Assembly: GCA_016748015.1 (NCBI GenBank)
Contig: JAAOMT010000586.1
Location: 913,483 to 977,482, forward strand
Origin: Geosiphon pyriformis uo1
Lineage: Eukaryota; Fungi; Glomeromycota
Length of the DNA stretch: 64,000 nt
Direction of reading: 5' to 3'
In this document: positions 52,655 through 64,000 of the stretch, one piece after another
How the letters are laid out: each line of letters starts with the position of its first letter
How positions within the stretch are numbered: position 1 is the first letter of the stretch
Program-made: the position numbers and the translations under genes
The notes under the pieces: generated by a model
The model's database searches: none
The model's input: only the letters and a program-made list of their open reading frames with translations
What the model was told of the DNA's origin: nothing

Positions 52655-55600
52655 TTTTTATTATATGTGACTAACCACTTAAGCTAGACAAAACAATATT
52701 ACATATCTATACAAATCTTGATTTTACTATTTAGACCAGAAAAAAAATATAAAGTATACCTATTAAAACTAAGATTCAATAACACTTAGCAAATAAACTA
52801 TATTATTAAACAACCCAGTTATTAATTCATATAGCAAACCAAGAATTAAGTCATTATTTTCATCCAAAACAGCCTTTTTTAAGTTTGCTTTAAATTTTAA
52901 CCTAATTATTTAAATTCTTAAATAATACAACTTTATTAAATATTCAACAAATTTTACTATAGTTAAAACATCTATTTTTTTATTTTTAGTTAACAAAAAA
53001 ATATTTAAATATCTGTGTACTTTACCCTTTTCAACAATTAAAATTAGCAAGCTATTAATCTTTAAAAAAATTGTCTTAATATCTTGATTAATAGAAATGA
53101 TCACTATTTTTTTATTGTTGATTAAAATATTATTAATTCTAAAGAATTTACTAATAATACTTAAAATATACTAAATAAACATCTAATAATTCTCTATTCA
53201 AATAGTGTTATTAACAAAAGCACTTACAGCAAAAAATAATGTTATTTTTTTACTGTTTTTTATTATGTCTGTTTTAATTACAAACTTAGTGTCAACTTAA
53301 TAACTACATAAATATTTGTGTCTCTTAATCTTATATATAAAAAATTATAAAAAATTCTTTAAAAAAACAGTAAAAAAACTTTATTTTAATCAAATTTATC
53401 ATATACTTTGTATTTTTTTAAGAATCTAAAATCTGTTATAATTTTATTAATTCTGTTTTTATATATACATTTAAAAACTTAATAAACCAATTATATATTT
53501 TAATATATTGTAAATTAGTCTTAAATAATACCACTTAATTAAGTTATATGTTTTGTGCACTTTTTATAAAACTAATTAAAGCTTTCTGTTTTTTTCCAGA
53601 ATATTTTCAATAATTAAGTTAATAGCAAATACAGAAAACTAAGTCAAAATATCTTTTAAGACAGAAAATTATCTTTATAGAGAACATTAAACTTACTATA
53701 AACCAATAAAATCCAATCTAAAAAGATTTTAGACAATATTTTTTTAACTATTTTAATTAAAGCAATAGATTAGATATTTGTCAAAATACTATTTTAATTA
53801 TAAAATTTAAAAATTATTAAAACTTATACTTTTTTCTAAAAAACAAAAACATTATTAAGAACCAAACAAGAATTTAGCAAATTCAAAAAATATTTTTTAA
53901 TTATCTTATTATAATATTTCTAAAATTCATTAGTTATATTAAAGAAATTAACAGCTTTGTTATTAAACAAACTATTAATTACCAAAATCAAAAAATATAC
54001 TGTTATTTACATAATTCAAGAAAGCATATTAACAAGTTTACAAATTAAACAGCTTTAAAAGAATAATATACTTCTTTATTATTCTTTTATAATCTTATTA
54101 ATAATATGTTTTATTCTATTAGGCTCTAAAACCAATTTATTTTTAGTTACTAAGTAATTTAAAACTATCTTATAAAAAAACTATTCTAAGACATTTTTTA
54201 TTATGTGCTTTTTGTTAATGCAAAAATTTTCCATGTATTTTTTAATTACTTTTTTAACAGATGTATTTTTGGTTGTTTTTGACTTATTATATTTAAATTT
54301 TCTGTGTTTTTTCTTAACTATTAATAAATATTTGAAAATATTTATTGTTTTTGTACTATTTTACAACATATTATTGGCTTTAAAAGTTTTTTTACTATTA
54401 ATAGTTGCTCATTTTTTAATAAGATAATTAAATTTAAGTTTATTACTTAAATTTTAACTTTTTACAATTTTGGTAACCAGTAATTCCAACCTAAAAACCT
54501 TAATAACTATTTGTTTTTTAAACAATTAAATTCACTATATTAATATCTAGAAAAAAATTTATTAGCTAAGTCTATTATTATTCTTTTTAGCATTTTTCAT
54601 ATTGTATTTAAATTATCCAGATATTTTGTGTTTACAAACTTATATATTTTTATTAAAAGCTTTATAGTTAAATATTTTTTAAAACATATCTATTTATTAT
54701 TTTCTGTATTTTTGATTTTAAACTTCTAATAATTCTTATTTGCTTGCTTACAAATACCATTTAGACAAATATTTAACAGACTTTTCAAATTAACCAAAAC
54801 TATAATTACTTTGTAATCAATATTAAAATAGCCAGATACCAAATTAATTTCATAATTTACAGCTGTAATTAACAAGCTATTACTTACAAAAACATAATCA
54901 ATAATCTTTTTTACTTTTTTAAAATTGCTTTAGATAGAAGTTTTAACTAAAAAATATCTATTAAATAAATTAACCAAACCTAAATCCAAGCAAAACTTGA
55001 AATTCATATTTTTCTTAGACCTATTTTTATTAAAATTTCCATCCAAGATTACAAAAGTGGTAAAATTGACTGTCTTAATAATAAAAAAATTGATTTTTAA
55101 TACTTAATTAAATTTAGTTTTAGTAAAAGTACCAACATATAAATTCAAAACTATGATTAAAAGTTTATTTTTAAACAAAAATCATACTAAAATAATTTAA
55201 TCAAGAATTTTTTTTACTTTTAAAACATATTAAATTAAAAAACTGTTTATAACAATTATTATAGTAGTACTAAGAAAACTTTTGTCCAAACTAAATATGA
55301 AAATTTAAATTCTATTAAATTTATTTATAATCTATAGTTTTATATTAAATCTTAATTTTGTTTTTATAATAATAAAAATTATATTGCCTAAATCTATATG
55401 CCAACAAACAATATTTTTTTGCTTGATAGAGACATTGAAACTCTTAATATTATATGTAACAATTTTTTAAATTAAGTTAATTATTAGTAAAAATAGATAT
55501 TAAGACTTAAATCAATATTATTTATTTTGGCCAATAAGTCCAAAACTATATTTGTCAAACTGTTTATGTTTATCTTCAACTTAATAAAATTCAATAATAA

Positions 55601-56920
55601 CAGAAAATTTTTTATCATTACAGTTTTGTTGTTAGTAATTATATTTAAATCTTTACTTATTACTATGTTTGTTTTTTGATTTTATAATAAAAAGATCACT
55701 AATAGTTAATATTTAAAGCATAAATAAAAAATTATTAGTTTAAATACATACAACTTTTTTGTCAATCTATTAATTTGTTTCACAAAATTAGTGAAACTGT
55801 ATTTTAAAACTATAAATTTGTTATTAATATTCAATATAGTTAACAAAAAAGGCTTCATTACTAAAAAAAAGCCAACTTTTAACAAATTATATTGTTTAAA
55901 AGGAGAAAAAAATAAAAAATCATTAATAATTTATGTCTATGTTTTATTATAAAAAAAACTGGACATACAATAAAAGTCTGTTTTTTTTATATATATTAAC
56001 TAATTGTATCTAATTTTAAAAAATAACCAGCTTTTTATTACAACTACTAAAATTTTTACCAGATAAACATATATTAGATACATAACTAAATTGTTTATAT
56101 TAAGTACAAACAGCCAATAATAAGCCAGTTTAATGCAAATTTACATTTTTAAAAACCAGATTAGAATTAATAATAGTTTTTTTTGACTTTTTATTACCAA
56201 AATAAACAACAACATATCTGTTATACATATATAAACCTAAGTTGTAATTAATAAACAAATTTTTTTACCATAAAATGTTAATAAATTAGAAAATTATGAA
56301 TATTTGTATTAATCAATAATGTATATAACAAAGCTTGATAATAATTTTTAGACACTTATATTTGTTTATTTTTAATAGCTTTAGTCACATAAACAAAATT
56401 TTTTCTTATAAGTATTAACTACTTAAATACAACCAAATTAACAATTTTAGATAATTTAAATTTAACTAAAACTTTTTGTTATAAACCAATAAACTGTATT
56501 TTGATCGTTAAAATCTTGTCAAATTTAAAAAAAATTAACTTTATAGTCAATTTAAAAAAATTTACAGAAATCTTCTTAATTATTATTTTTTAATCTGTAT
56601 AACTACTTATTTTTCTATTATTATTAACCAAATTTTTTTATTAATTGCCATATTCTTAGTTTTTTTAAGCTTAATTTAAATGTAAATAACCTAATAATTT
56701 CTAGAATTTTTTTTATTACTACTAACTTATTATTATTAGTTTTATTAAATACAGTAAACAACTTAATATTTAATATAAAAAATTTAATTGGCTTAAAATT
56801 TTTTTTTAAAACATGTAACTTAACTGTTAATAAACATTTAATATTAAAAAACTTAGAATTTAAAAGTGTTAAAATGTTATTATTATTATTATTCAAATTA
56901 CCAAAAAACATTTTTTTTAG
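52655..56920 (-). mobile_element. Highly decayed LINE (ORF1 remnant, APE endonuclease, RT; internal deletion before 3' end)
   Basis: KIVTYNIKSFN...KQK...CWH near 55400-55470 mirrors the ORF2 start at 63843; RT remnant AFVNNTI (FVDD) near 53210; 3' end homologous to 60940-61190. 5' boundary approximate. Confidence 0.7.
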
Positions 56921-59784
56921 ATAGTCATTTAAGATATATGTTTTAATATATATGTTTTAATATATATATTTTTTAATATAGTATAATTTATTATATTATT
57001 AACTTTTAAGATATTTAAATCTATATAGTTAGTTTCTTTTATAATTGTATTTTTTATATTTTTTAAGTCTAAAATTTCATTAATACTGCTTATTTTATTG
57101 TTTATTTTACTTCTTTAAAATCTTATAAGTTTAATATTATCAGTTTTTATATTTATAAAACTCAGAAAACCAATAAATAACTTAACTAAATTGCTAATAA
57201 TAATAGATTTTTTTGGTTTTTTATATAATGCTTTATGTAAGTAAGCATTTTTTAAACATTTATTCTTGACTCCAGATTGAATTTTTATTATTTATATATA
57301 AAAAAAAGAATAATTACATATTAATAATTATAATTAATATACAAAAAAAGTATTTTATTATATATAGATATAAAAAAACTTAACAAGTCAAATAGTTGAA
57401 TTTATAAAAAATATTATTTATATTTTTAGGTTTTTAATTTAATTTTACAATTAGTTAATATTTAATAAATTAATTAAGAAAAATTTAATTAATATATTAT
57501 TTTTAAATTAGCCAATTAAACATAATTATATATGTTAATTATATATAAGTAATCAAATTATTTTACAAAAAATTTAAAAATATGATATTATTTAATATTA
57601 ATTTATTTTTTAAGTATTAATTATTAATAGCTTTATATTATTATATATATATTTATAAAAAATATATTTATATAACAATAAATATTAATTTTAAAAATAA
57701 TAATAATCAAAATAAATAAATTATAATATAATTTTGTCTTTTATTAATTTATTTATTATTGTAAAAGTATTTTAAATAAGCATTTATTATAAAAAAAAAA
57801 TCTTATAAATTTTTTTAAGAATTTTATTTTTATATTATAAATAAATTTTTTTAATAAAAATTAAAAACAATACATTTGAAATTAATTTGTTTTTTAATAT
57901 TAAAAGCAATAATTTTATAAGTATATTTAAATAAAATTAAACAATATAAAAGTTAAAATAAAATTAATAATATAAAATAAAATAATATAAAAATAATAAT
58001 ACAAAAAAAATTATTAATTAATTTATATAAATAAATTATTATTTTTTTAAGTTTACTGTAATAAAATTTAAAAAAATTTGTGAAAAAAATTTGAAAAAAA
58101 AGAAGTAAATATTGACGTACTTAAAAATTTTATTGGTAAATATTTTTTATATGGTTTTTTTTAATATATATAAATAACAAAAATTAATAATATTTTAAAA
58201 TAATTATTTACAATTAATTTTTGTTTTTTTATGCATTATTAAAACCATAGTTTTATAGGTTTTTTTATCATAAATTTTTGATATTTATATATATATAATA
58301 TAGATAATACAAAACCAAAAAAAGTTTGTTTAATACTTTTTGTTTTAACACTATTTTAATTTAAAAAAATATCAAAAAATTCATCAAAAATATATTTTTT
58401 AATAATTTATAATACTTGAATAATAATTTTTTTATTTTTATTGTTTATTAATATTTATATTTATCCTAAATATATAATATAAAAAACACTTTTATAATCA
58501 GAACATTAATTATATTTATTTAATAATTAATTTATATATACTATTTTAAATTTTTTAACAAATAAATTATTTTATAATAACCAAATTTCTAAAAATATTT
58601 AATATTAAAATATTATTAATAAACTAAAATATAATAAAAAAAATTAGTAATAAAAAAAATATTATTATTTAAAAATAATTTATACAGAATAATATAATAA
58701 ATTTTTATATGTTTAATTTAAAATTTGTAAATTTAAAAACTAATATTAGAATAATTTGCCAAAAATATTATTAGTATTAACAAAAATTATTATTGAAATC
58801 ACTTAAAAAATTTTAAGTTATATAAAAATAAATAATATAAAGTTTTAATTAAAAAGTTTTTTAACAAATTAGTTTTAGATTTTAAATTTTTTTAAATTAA
58901 AATATTCTAATTAATACAAATATTTTTAAACTATAATTTATAACTAATAATAAACTATAAAACTATTAAAAAACTATTTATCTAAAATTGTTTATTTTAA
59001 AATTATATTTACAAAAAAATTAATATAAAAATATAACTTAATCAAATTAAACTTAAACAAATTATTTTTAAACAAAAAAATATTTTTAATTTTTTAATTA
59101 ATAAAAATAATCACAATTTTATTATTATTAATATATTATTAATTTAAAAAAATTAGCTTATAATATTCAAAATATATTGAATAACAACTTTAATTTAAAT
59201 AGTATTATTAATAAATATATTAATTATTAAATAAAATATTAAACTAATTATAACTTTAATTTATTAGTTTAATAATTAACTTAATATTAATTTTATAATT
59301 ATGTAAATTTTTATATTATTTTATTTTATACAAAAAAAATAAAAAAATTTTCAAAATAATAATAAGAAAATTTTATTTTAATTTGGATTATTATTAAGTA
59401 TTTTATGGTTTTTATAAATATTTAAACTTTTTTATAATTTAAAAATATATTTATATAATAAATACAAATTTAATAGCTTTAAAACAAATTTATTGTAATA
59501 TTTTCAAAGTTTATTAACAATATTAAACAAATTAACAGTTTTTTAATTTGAAAATTTTTTAATTATATTAAATAATTTATTAATTATTATTATTATATTA
59601 AAAAAATATTTAACATAATATGCTTTTTTGTTTAGTGTTTTTTAATATTATTTACTTTAAACTTAATCTTATTAAAATTTAAAATTATATTGCTATTTAT
59701 AATAAGATAATTTAAAAATATTTTTAAAATAAATTTTTAAAACATTTTAAATTATATAATTTTTATTAATAACAAAACTTATTT

Positions 59785-61195
59785 ATGAAAAATAATGCTT
59801 TTTTAAAAGTCAAGTCTGCTGTTGTTCTTGAGTTATCTGTACTGAATGTCTTAGAATCTAAGAAGTTTTCTGATGTTTATAATAGTTTACTAAAGATCTG
59901 GTCTAATTGTATTGAAATCTACACAGATAAATCTTTAAAAAACATTAGTTTTACTGAAGTAATAAGTGAGATAACTGTTTATTTTCTAGCTATAGATGTG
60001 AATATTAAGGTTAGAGTGTATAAACTTTTGTCTTCTACTTTAACTGATTTACAAGCTATTGTTTTAGTTTTAAAGTGTATTTTATTTTTATGTACTGTAA
60101 TTTTGTATTTAAACAGTCAATCTGCTATTAATGCTTGTGTGTCTAAGACTTCTTTTATAATGCATGACTTTTACAATCAATGTTGAATTAAAAAATTACA
60201 TATAGCCAATTTTATTAAGAATAAAAATATTTTGGTTAAGTAGATGAAAGTTAAAAAATATTCAGGAATTCTGGGCAATGTTAAGACTAATATATTGGCT
60301 AGTGAGACCACTTTTTTTTTTGTTAGTTGGAATTTGGAAATAATTTTGGTTGTTAAGAATACTACTGTGTTTGGTAATATTTGTTATTTTGTTTATAATC
60401 TGTACTAATCAATTTGTCATGTTTGTTGAAAAGCTAGTCTTGATTATAATATAATTTTGAGTGTTATAATTAAAGAGATAGATTGGACTACTACTATAAA
60501 TATTTGGCATCCTAACTTGCATATGCTCTTTGGATTTACTAATAAGAAATTAGCTAATCTGTACATATATATAATAAAAACAGTATATAGATAACTATTA
60601 GTAACAGTTAGAAAGAGATTATATAACAAGTTGTCTGACCATGTTTTTACTTGTTTTAATAATATTAGTCTCTGTGGGAACATTTTGGCTAAAGTTATTA
60701 AAAAATGAATATTATTAACAAGTCTTTTTTGTTTACTTACTTCTGTTGTTTTGTATTTATTTTTAATGTGTTCTTCAAATATGGATTTGTTTATTGTAAT
60801 TTGCAAAAATTTTGTGTTGAAAGTTTGGTATATTAAGACTGTTTTGGTTTTTAAAAAAAAAGAAAAAACAGTTCTGATTCTTGTCAAATACATTAGATTT
60901 GTGGTAGAATTGTATTACACTAAAGTATGGCTTATCAAATCCAAACATAGAGTGAATATAGAAAAAGCTGGTTTGGTCAAAAATAATAGTTTGGTTTTAG
61001 GCTTGTCTTGCTGTATAGTATTTATGCTGTCAAATAAGATAATTTATATGCTTGGTATTATAGAATTTTTTGTTGTTAGTTTTGGTAAATGCAAATTGTG
61101 TTATTTTTTTTCCAGTTTAGGTGGTAATGTATTTATTAACATAAACATATAATGTTGTTTTGACTGGCTTGACTGGCTGGTTATATATAACAAGT
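59785..61195 (+). mobile_element. LINE 3' fragment (RNase H domain, ORF2 C-terminus, 3' hairpin)
   Basis: IEIYTDKSL, SSTLTDLQAI, LNSQSAI, *MKVKKYSG..GN are decayed RNase H motifs; shared 3' terminal motif at 61161-61190. Confidence 0.75.
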
Positions 61196-61985
61196 ATGTA
61201 AGCTATATTTAGTTTGATTTACTTGGTTTGGTTTTATATATTAGATAGCAGTTGGATTTCATTTATAAAATTTTTTTAAAAAAAAAAATAACAAAACTTT
61301 TTATATATTTAAAAACAGCAAAATTTTTTATTTTAAATAAATATTATTAATATTAAAATTTATATTTATTAAACTTTAAACAACTAAAGTTTTAAAAATT
61401 AAAAGTTTTAACTTAAAATACTTAGATAATTTTTTAATTATAAAATTATGTTTTAGTAAAAATTTTATTAATTAAATAATACATATTATTATAAATAAAA
61501 TTTTACATTATATTTGAATTTTTATTTTGTTTAAAATTATTAAAATTATTAGTTAAATCAATTACTTTTAATAAAAAAATATTTTTAAAATAAATTTATT
61601 TAATATTATTTGTAATTTTAAAATTTTATTTTTATTTATTTTTATTTGTCTATTTTTATAAAAAAATCAATTATATATTTAATAAATTATTTAAGTTTAC
61701 TAAATAAAAACAGCTTAATAATTAATATTAAAATATTTATTTATATTTAAAACTTTATAAACAGTTATAATATTAATAAAATTTACAAAAACAAAAATAT
61801 AATTAATTATTTTTTTTATATTTTTTTAAATTATAATGGTAAAAAAAAACTTCTTTCTCTCTTTCATCCCAAATTTCTAAAAAAGAGTCAAATTTTGAAA
61901 GAAGTTTTTTCTGTTCTGTTTTTGCATACTGTCTTCCACTATTTCACAAGAATCAAACTCTTTTGTTGTTGAACCGACTGCTACT

Positions 61986-63846
61986 ATGAGTGGTTTTAGT
62001 GCTAAGAGAAGGTTTGCCAGAGTCTCGACCACTGGTTCAGTTGGTGGTGGTTCAACTCAAAAAATCAAAGTCTTTCAGTAGTATTAAACTTTCAAGTGTG
62101 GATAAGAATCTCAAAGATGATGGGCCTGTTAGTGTGGATGGGCAATTTGCTAGCATGGTTATAGATGGAAAAGCCTCTGATGGTAGAGCCGCTTCTGACT
62201 CCCAAATGAATACACCCAATATGAAGTGTTTCAATACTGGTGCGGCTATTGGTTCCCCTATCGGCTCTATTAATTATGACATAGATGATGAGAAGGAAGG
62301 TTCTCTTCCTCCCCATTTGTCTTTCTCTTTAGAAAAGGTGTGGGTGGACTTCAAAATTGTTAAGTCTCAAGTGAAAGTTGCTGTGAAGAAATTATTTGCT
62401 TTGGACATCAATTTATCTGATGTGGAGAGGAAATTGGCGACAGCCAAGACTCAGGTTATTAGAAAATTGTTTTTGACAATCAATGGTTTTGGAAGGGCCA
62501 CTACCTTCTCAAAATTTAAAGAGATCATCCGATTGACATTTACTTCATCAAAAAGCATAGAAAAGACCACATTATTGGCCAGAAAAAATAACATTATTGT
62601 AAACAGCGATCTTAAAAGACAGGAAATTTGCTTAGATTAGGCCATAGTAATCAAGAAAATTCCCATAAATATGCCAAAGGAAATGATTGTTGCCGTAGTA
62701 TCCGAGTTTGGAGAAATCAAGTTGATCAAAATCCAATTAATTGGTTTATGGCAAAAGGCTGTAGTGGAATTTGCTGAACTGAAATAGGCTGTGTCTCTGG
62801 CTAATAAGTGGTCCTTCCTGATTGGTAAAGACTCGGTTTGTGTGGCTATGGCGGTGAGTGATCGTGAAACTTGGGCATCTAGAGATCAGTTCAGAGTGCT
62901 TTTGTTTACTTTGCTGATGGGAACTACTGCTCATAATCTTGGGGATCTTCTTGAAAGGGCTGGTGAAAAAACTTGTGTCATAAATTGGTTATTAGAGACT
63001 GATAATAGAGTTCACTGTGCTGTTGTTTGTTTTGATTCTGATGAGGTTTTGGAGTCAGCTTTTTGCACAGAGCCAATCTTTGGTGGTGTGAAACTCTTAT
63101 AGGCTAGGCTGAATTTGGTTTGCTGTGAATGGTGTGGGAAGTTTGGTTATTCTGCCTTGGAATGTGATGCTGAGGTTGTGTCAGCTCTCAAATCTTTAAA
63201 GTTTTTTATAAGGCTTGCCAACCTAGATACTCGTCTCCAGTTGGCCAAATTGTATGCAAAAAAAAATGTACCAATCTCTTGTCCTGTTGCATTTGGTGGC
63301 AAATTTTGGGCTCAAGTGGTCTCAGTTGCTTTAGTCTCTCATGGTTTTCGTGCTGGTTCTGGTTTTAGTTCCTCGTCTTCCGGTGCTTTAAGTTTGGGTG
63401 GGGCACCTCCTCTTTTACCTGTGGTCAATTCTCCTTTGAGTGCTCGCTTAGTGCTTCTGGAACGCTCTGTGGAGCTTTTGTCTGAACAAATTTCGAACAT
63501 TCTTTCTCGTCTTGACAATATTGGTTTAGCACTCTTGGTGTCGTCCTCTCAAATGGCTCTTTCTGTGGTTGTTTCTCAGTTCCCAATCTCTGTTCTTCTT
63601 GTGGTTGTGAACTCCGACTTGGATTTTAACATGGCAGTTGATGATCTTTTTGTCCAGCCTACTTTTTTCTCTCTGGGTGTTACCGATTTGCTCTTAGGTC
63701 TGAGTAGTTCCAAAGTTCTGACTTCCAAAGTTGGTGGTCTGGAATCGAAGTTGGTTGCCTTCGACATCTTTGTTGGTTCAATTTTGGCTAAGTTGGATCA
63801 GTTGTGTGCTGACTCAGGTTCTTCGGTTATCTTTTCATCACAATGA
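61986..63846 (+). pseudogene. LINE ORF1 (gag-like)
   Basis: ORF pieces 61990-62640, 62791-63102, 63115-63846 lie in one frame, separated by TAG stops. Confidence 0.75.
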
Positions 63847-64000
63847 CCAGTTTTATTTGGAAAATTGCCACGTGTAATATTAGGGGAATGAACAATCCTG
63901 CAAAACAGGAAGACATTTTTCACTGGCATAAGGAATCTGGTAGTTTGATCTCGATTGTTACAAAAACCAAGTTGTGTTCCAGTTTACAACCATAGATCAT
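63843..64000 (+). pseudogene. LINE ORF2 N-terminus (APE endonuclease)
   Basis: MTSFIWKIATCNIRGMN...KQEDI..WH...ISIVTKTKL (N.RG and ETK motifs, E mutated to K). Confidence 0.85.

Larger units (their letters stand above)
61850..64000 (+). mobile_element. Younger LINE copy (5' UTR, ORF1, start of ORF2; continues off window)
   Basis: ORF1 from ATG 61986 (frameshifted, with stops) has an RRM-like segment, knuckle CEWCGKFGYSALEC and coiled coils; ORF2 is APE-like. Confidence 0.85.

Overview
Eukaryotic, very AT-rich fungal DNA. The short introns and the transposon families suggest an early-diverging Mucoromycota/Glomeromycotina-type genome (inference). (1) 1-23.9 kb is a nest of related Ty3/Gypsy LTR retrotransposons inserted into one another: three truncated minus-strand copies (Z, A, B), one structurally complete but pseudogenised plus-strand copy (C, 13091-22907) and a probable solo LTR. 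Z, A and C share a primer-binding site. A, B and C carry a Cys-rich module plus a dUTPase between protease and RT; C also shows an apparently separately initiated integrase and an extra 3' ORF. (2) There are two compact housekeeping gene islands: 24.2-34.3 kb (RAM1/FTase beta, CTK3, SAL1-type Ca-binding mitochondrial carrier, PRMT3/RMT3) and 39.8-52.4 kb (COX5, TTC27/EMW1, an orphan, SF3A2, a sphingomyelinase-like EEP enzyme, UBC13, LAS1). (3) AT deserts at 34.4-39.7 kb and 52.6-61.8 kb are made of transposon relics eroded by C-to-T/G-to-A mutation: a DDD-type transposase relic and several copies of one RNase H-bearing LINE family, followed by a younger LINE copy running off the window end. 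Best leads: the LTR element architecture, a predicted readthrough-plus-splicing CaaX tail on CTK3, a conserved LINE 3' hairpin, a highly structured intron, and the decay series suggesting RIP-like hypermutation. Exon boundaries were read by eye and are approximate.
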